The notes below the pieces were generated by a model. It searched no databases, was not told the origin of the DNA, and was given only the letters and a program-made list of their open reading frames with translations. Shown one piece after another: positions 8,976-12,167 of a stretch of 12,167 nucleotides of DNA. A program made the position numbers and the translations under genes. The stretch spans positions 1 through 12,167 of the forward strand of contig JAYENL010000083.1 in the NCBI GenBank assembly GCA_034722055.1, written 5' to 3'. Positions within the stretch are counted from its first letter, which is position 1, and the number at the start of each line of letters is the position of its first letter. The stretch is from Armatimonadota bacterium. GTDB taxonomy: Bacteria > Armatimonadota > Zipacnadia > Zipacnadales > UBA5352.

Positions 8976-10193
8976 CTGCAGCGCCTCATGGGCCGCCGCG
9001 GTCGCGGCGGCGTAGGCCACCTTGATGGGCACGCCCGCCCTCTCCGCCGCGCCGCGGCAGTCCTCGAACTCCGGCGACACCGTCACCGGACGCCCGTCGA
9101 GCCATCCCACCTTTACGCCCACCGAGCCCAGCTCCGTCTCCACCTCCAGACGCGCGCGTGGCAGGCAGCGCCGGTCCATCCGCGCCATGCGCACGCCCAG
9201 GCTGGTGGTCTCCCGCAGCAGCGCCTCCACCACCGCCTCCTCGTGCTCGAGCTCGCTCAGCGCCCGCAGCAGCAGCGCCGGCCGGCCCTTCTTCATCACG
9301 ATCGGCTGCGCCCAGGCGTCCAGGGCCCCGGCGTCGAGTGCCGCCTGGATGGCGACCGAGGCCAGCTCTCCGGTCATGTCGTCCACGTTGGCCTCAATAA
9401 CGGCCACCCGGCTGGCCTCCTCGATCTCGGGCCTGGCCTCGGCGTGCTCCACGCTCAGCGACAGCCGGACCACGTTCGGGACGGGATCGAAGTCGGCGTT
9501 GCCGGCGCCGTAGCCGACGACGTCGGCCACGAAGTCCGCGGGGCGCCCGAAGTCGTCGGACAGGGCGCTCGCGAGGGCCGCGCCGGTCGGCGTGACGGTC
9601 TCCCCCTCCACGTCGATCTCCACCGTGGGCACCCCGCGCAGCAGCGCGGCGGTCGCCGGCGCGGGCACCGGCAGCCGCCCGTGCGCCACCTCAATCCACC
9701 CATGGCCGATGGGCAGGGGCGCGCAGTGCAGCCGACCCACCCCCAGCCACTGCAGCCCCACTACCGCGCCCACCACGTCCACCAGCGTGTCCAGGCCCCC
9801 CAGCTCGTGGAAGTGCACCTCCTCGGGCGTGCTGTCGTGAACCTTGGCCTCCGCCTCCGCCAGAGCCCGGATGATGGCCAGCGAGCGCTCGACGATGGCG
9901 TCGTCAAGCTCCGCCCCCTCCACCACCTCCATCAGCTCCCCCGCGCTGCGCCCGTGGTGGTGCCCATGCTCCCCATGATGATGGTGATGGTGGTGCCGGC
10001 GCTCGACATCCACCTTGGCGGCGGCGATGCTGGCCTTCGTCACCTTACGTGTGCTGATCTCCACCTCATCGGCGATCCCCAGCGCCTCCGCAACCTCCTG
10101 CAGCTTCTCAAGGGGCAGGCCGCAATCGACCAGCGCCCCCAGCATCATGTCCCCGCTCAGTCCTCCGGACGGCTCCAGATATGCTACGCGCAT
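8937..10193 (-). CDS. larC: Nickel-pincer cofactor biosynthesis protein LarC (nickel insertase, DUF111), full length
   Basis: SGGLSGDMMLGALVD, His-rich loop, LAEAEAKVH...VHFHELGGLDTLVD, HGRLPVPAPAT, VTPTGAAL, GYGAG, EANVDDMTGE, MKKGRP, RETTSLGVR, PEFEDC. Confidence 0.96.
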   Translation of the reverse strand: MRVAYLEPSGGLSGDMMLGALVDCGLPLEKLQEVAEALGIADEVEISTRKVTKASIAAAKVDVERRHHHHHHHGEHGHHHGRSAGELMEVVEGAELDDAIVERSLAIIRALAEAEAKVHDSTPEEVHFHELGGLDTLVDVVGAVVGLQWLGVGRLHCAPLPIGHGWIEVAHGRLPVPAPATAALLRGVPTVEIDVEGETVTPTGAALASALSDDFGRPADFVADVVGYGAGNADFDPVPNVVRLSLSVEHAEARPEIEEASRVAVIEANVDDMTGELASVAIQAALDAGALDAWAQPIVMKKGRPALLLRALSELEHEEAVVEALLRETTSLGVRMARMDRRCLPRARLEVETELGSVGVKVGWLDGRPVTVSPEFEDCRGAAERAGVPIKVAYAAATAAAHEALQLRSPAGDAPPGQ

Positions 10194-10237
10194 CTGTCAA
10201 CGGGCCTGTACGGCCCTGCTCTCCCTTCGTCGGCATG

Positions 10238-11314
10238 CTACGGTCGGATGAGACTCGTCTCGACCACCGCACTGCGCCTCTCGCCCTCCACGACCATGCC
10301 TCCGGTGACCAGCACCTCGCCCGACGGCAGCAGTGTGGCCCGATGCTCGTGCACCGGCAGGGGCAGGCTCGGCGCGGCCTCGAACCGACCGCGCTGAGGG
10401 TCGAACACCTCGCACGACGCCAGCGTGTGGGGCTCGCCCACGCCGTTGAAGCCCCCCGCGATCAGCACGCGTCCGTCCGGCAGCGGCGTGGCGGTGTGAT
10501 CCATCCGGGGCTCGGCCATCGGGGGGCCGGGCAAAAAGCGCCCCGTCGATGGCTCGTACAGCTCGGTGCTGGCGAGCTGGCCGCCCGCCGCGATGCTGTT
10601 GCCGCCAGTGATGAGCACGCGGCCGTCATCGAGCAGCGTCGCGGTGTGGCGCGAGCGGTCGGCGTGCATCTCCCCGGCTGACTCGAAGCGCTCCGCCTGC
10701 GGATCGAACAGCTCGGCGCTGGCGAGGGTCGCCTCATCGGGGAACTGCGACCCGCCGGTGATGAGCACTCGCCCGTCGGGCAGCCGCACGGCGGCGTGGC
10801 CGAAGCGGCTCGCCGCCATGCCGGCGGTAGGCACGAAAGCCCGGCGCGCTGGCAGGTAGAGATCGCACCCGGCCAGGGACTTCACGCCGCCGATGAAGCC
10901 GCCGGCGATGAGCACCCGGCCATCCTCCAGCAGCGTGGCGGTGTGCAGCTCCCGCGGCGCCGACATCCTGTGGGGCAGGAACACGAACCGCCGGCCATCG
11001 TAGAGCTCGGCGGTGCGAGAGGTCGAGTATGGCAGGATGAAGCCCCCGGCGATGAGCACTGTCCCGTCGCCCAGAGCGGTGGCGGTGTGGAAGGCGCGGG
11101 CGCGATGATTGCGGGGCCCGTACTCGAAGGCGCCCGCGTCCGCCGAAAGCTCGGTGCCCAGCATGAAGGCGTCGCGCGGGCCGAGGCCGCCGTAGACCAG
11201 CAGCCCGCCGTCCGCGAGCGGTGTCGCGGAGTGGGCATACCGGGGCGCCACCAGCTCGGCCCCGCACGGGGCCGCCGGCAGCAGCACCATCACGCAGAGA
11301 GCTCGTATCAGCAT
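10238..11314 (-). CDS. Secreted kelch-repeat beta-propeller protein (7 repeats, 358 aa)
   Basis: Seven repeats with consensus RxxH[TS]ATxLxDGRVLIxGG...ELYDP. Signal-peptide-like MLIRALCVMVLLPAAPCGA. ATG 11314 follows AGGAG (11325-11321); the extension to 11647 in the ORF track is unsupported. Confidence 0.9.
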   Translation of the reverse strand: MLIRALCVMVLLPAAPCGAELVAPRYAHSATPLADGGLLVYGGLGPRDAFMLGTELSADAGAFEYGPRNHRARAFHTATALGDGTVLIAGGFILPYSTSRTAELYDGRRFVFLPHRMSAPRELHTATLLEDGRVLIAGGFIGGVKSLAGCDLYLPARRAFVPTAGMAASRFGHAAVRLPDGRVLITGGSQFPDEATLASAELFDPQAERFESAGEMHADRSRHTATLLDDGRVLITGGNSIAAGGQLASTELYEPSTGRFLPGPPMAEPRMDHTATPLPDGRVLIAGGFNGVGEPHTLASCEVFDPQRGRFEAAPSLPLPVHEHRATLLPSGEVLVTGGMVVEGERRSAVVETSLIRP

Positions 11315-11428
11315 CGTCGTCTCCTGGATCCTGTTGGCCAACAATGTGGCTTCCGTGCCCGCGTCCAAGACTCCTGCCCCCTGCGAGCGCAAGGACTTCT
11401 CCGCCCGCGCCCCGAACTCTCTCCAGGC

Positions 11429-11668
11429 ATGATCAGATACTGGAGGCCGAAGATACGCGCGGTCTTTGCGCTTGCCGCTGCGGTCCTTGTCGGGTGGTGG
11501 CTGGCCGGCGTGGGCTGGCCATGGTGGGCGTGGCTGCCGGCGGCCATCCTCGGAGCCATGGCCACCTACATGGCCTTCGTGCTCTCGTGGTTCCTCTACC
11601 GGAAGCTGACCTACGAGGCATTCTCGCGGGCGGCTCGGCGGCGCCACCGGGGCGAGGCGGAGGACTGA
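11429..11668 (+). CDS. Small membrane protein of unknown function (79 aa, about 2 TM helices)
   Basis: MIRYWRPKIR-AVFALAAAVLVGWWLAGVGWPWWAWLPAAILGAMATYMAFVLSWFLY-RKLTYEAFSRAARRRHRGEAED: hydrophobic hairpin with basic flanks and GC3-rich codons. No clear SD. It is the 3' part of track ORF 10796-11668. Confidence 0.65.
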   Translation: MIRYWRPKIRAVFALAAAVLVGWWLAGVGWPWWAWLPAAILGAMATYMAFVLSWFLYRKLTYEAFSRAARRRHRGEAED

Positions 11669-11670
11669 GG

Positions 11671-11934
11671 GTGCGCCTGCGCTTCCATGTCTCCATCGCC
11701 GGCGGCCTGGATCGCTGCCTCCAGCGCACGACCATCCGCCGGTGCACCACGGTGCAGATCTTCACCGCCGCGCCCGTGCAGTGGGCCCGCACTCCGTTCT
11801 CCGAGGACCACGCGCAAGGCTTCGCAGACGAGCTCGGCACGTGGGATATTTGCCCCCACTTCGTTCACGCGAAGTACCTGCTGAACGTCTCCTCGCCCGA
11901 TGCCGGGCTGCGGGAGCGCAGCGTCGCGGACCTG
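11671..11934 (+). pseudogene. nfo: Endonuclease IV (deoxyribonuclease IV) 5' fragment, 88 codons, interrupted by a repeat element
   Basis: GTG 11671 behind GGAGGA reads MRLRFHVSIAGGLDRCLQRTTIRRCTTVQIFTAAPVQWARTPFSEDHAQGFADELGTWDICPHFVHAKYLLNVSSPDAGLRERSVADL. This matches the Nfo motifs GxHVSIAGG, QIF..P.QW and HAxYLxNxxSP...RxRS. It is absent from the ORF track because the frame has no stop before the window end. Confidence 0.85.
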
Positions 11935-12167
11935 TGTGGGCTTCGTCCGCAGGCCGTTGCCGTTCTCCCCTCTCCCGCCTGCGGCGAAGCCGCCAGGGAG
12001 AGGGGAGTGGAGTTTGCGACGCAAACTCCGAGGGGTGAGGCCGTCGTCCGGGCCTCCCCCCGACCCGAGCCTTGCTCGGGCCACCCCCCTCCCTGGCGCC
12101 ACACACGACGTGGCGCAAGCGGGAGGGGGAACGGCCGACGCGGGGTCAGTCGTCGGAGGGGCCGTCC
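11935..12167. repeat. Composite palindromic element C-B-A (inverted REP/RIME-like doublet), running off the window end
   Basis: Matches 266-290, 361-450 and 1-109. B and A are imperfect reverse complements of each other around the spacer 12043-12050: GCCGTTCTCCCCTCTCCCGCCTGCG vs CGCAAGCGGGAGGGGGAACGGC, and GGGGTGAGGCC vs GGCCTCCCCC. Confidence 0.92.

Noticed and set aside
10238..11200. Recurring nucleotide motif GATGAGCAC about every 150 bp, as a possible CRISPR or tandem array
   Set aside because: It encodes the kelch VLI-x-GG repeats. The spacing is protein-level and there are no cas genes.
11611..12118. Track ORFs 11611-12102, 11687-11884, 11742-12038, 11762-12118 and 11865-12104
   Set aside because: They are wrong-frame or antisense readings over the nfo fragment and the repeat. 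The homologous frame starts at 11671.

Overview
GC-rich bacterial chromosomal segment with mostly housekeeping or metabolic genes. In order: a Gfo/Idh/MocA oxidoreductase (+); a minus-strand run of pyk, a DegT-family PLP aminotransferase, a secreted CBM-like protein and a probable GNAT remnant; long-form hpf (+); a CLC-CBS anion transporter (+); a DPM1-like GT2 (+); larC and a 7-repeat kelch protein (-); and a 79-aa membrane protein (+). Two things are missing from the ORF track. First, an endonuclease IV (nfo) 5' fragment starts at 11671 and loses homology exactly where a palindromic repeat begins (11935). Second, a modular family of REP/RIME-like hairpin elements occupies both ends of the window in direct orientation (1-500 and 11935-12167), and a 190-bp multi-branched inverted-repeat element lies at 7973-8162. 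No transposase, integrase, CRISPR array, tRNA or rRNA is visible. The best lead is this non-autonomous palindromic repeat family, apparently caught disrupting a DNA-repair gene. All family assignments come from motif recognition by eye, not from database searches.
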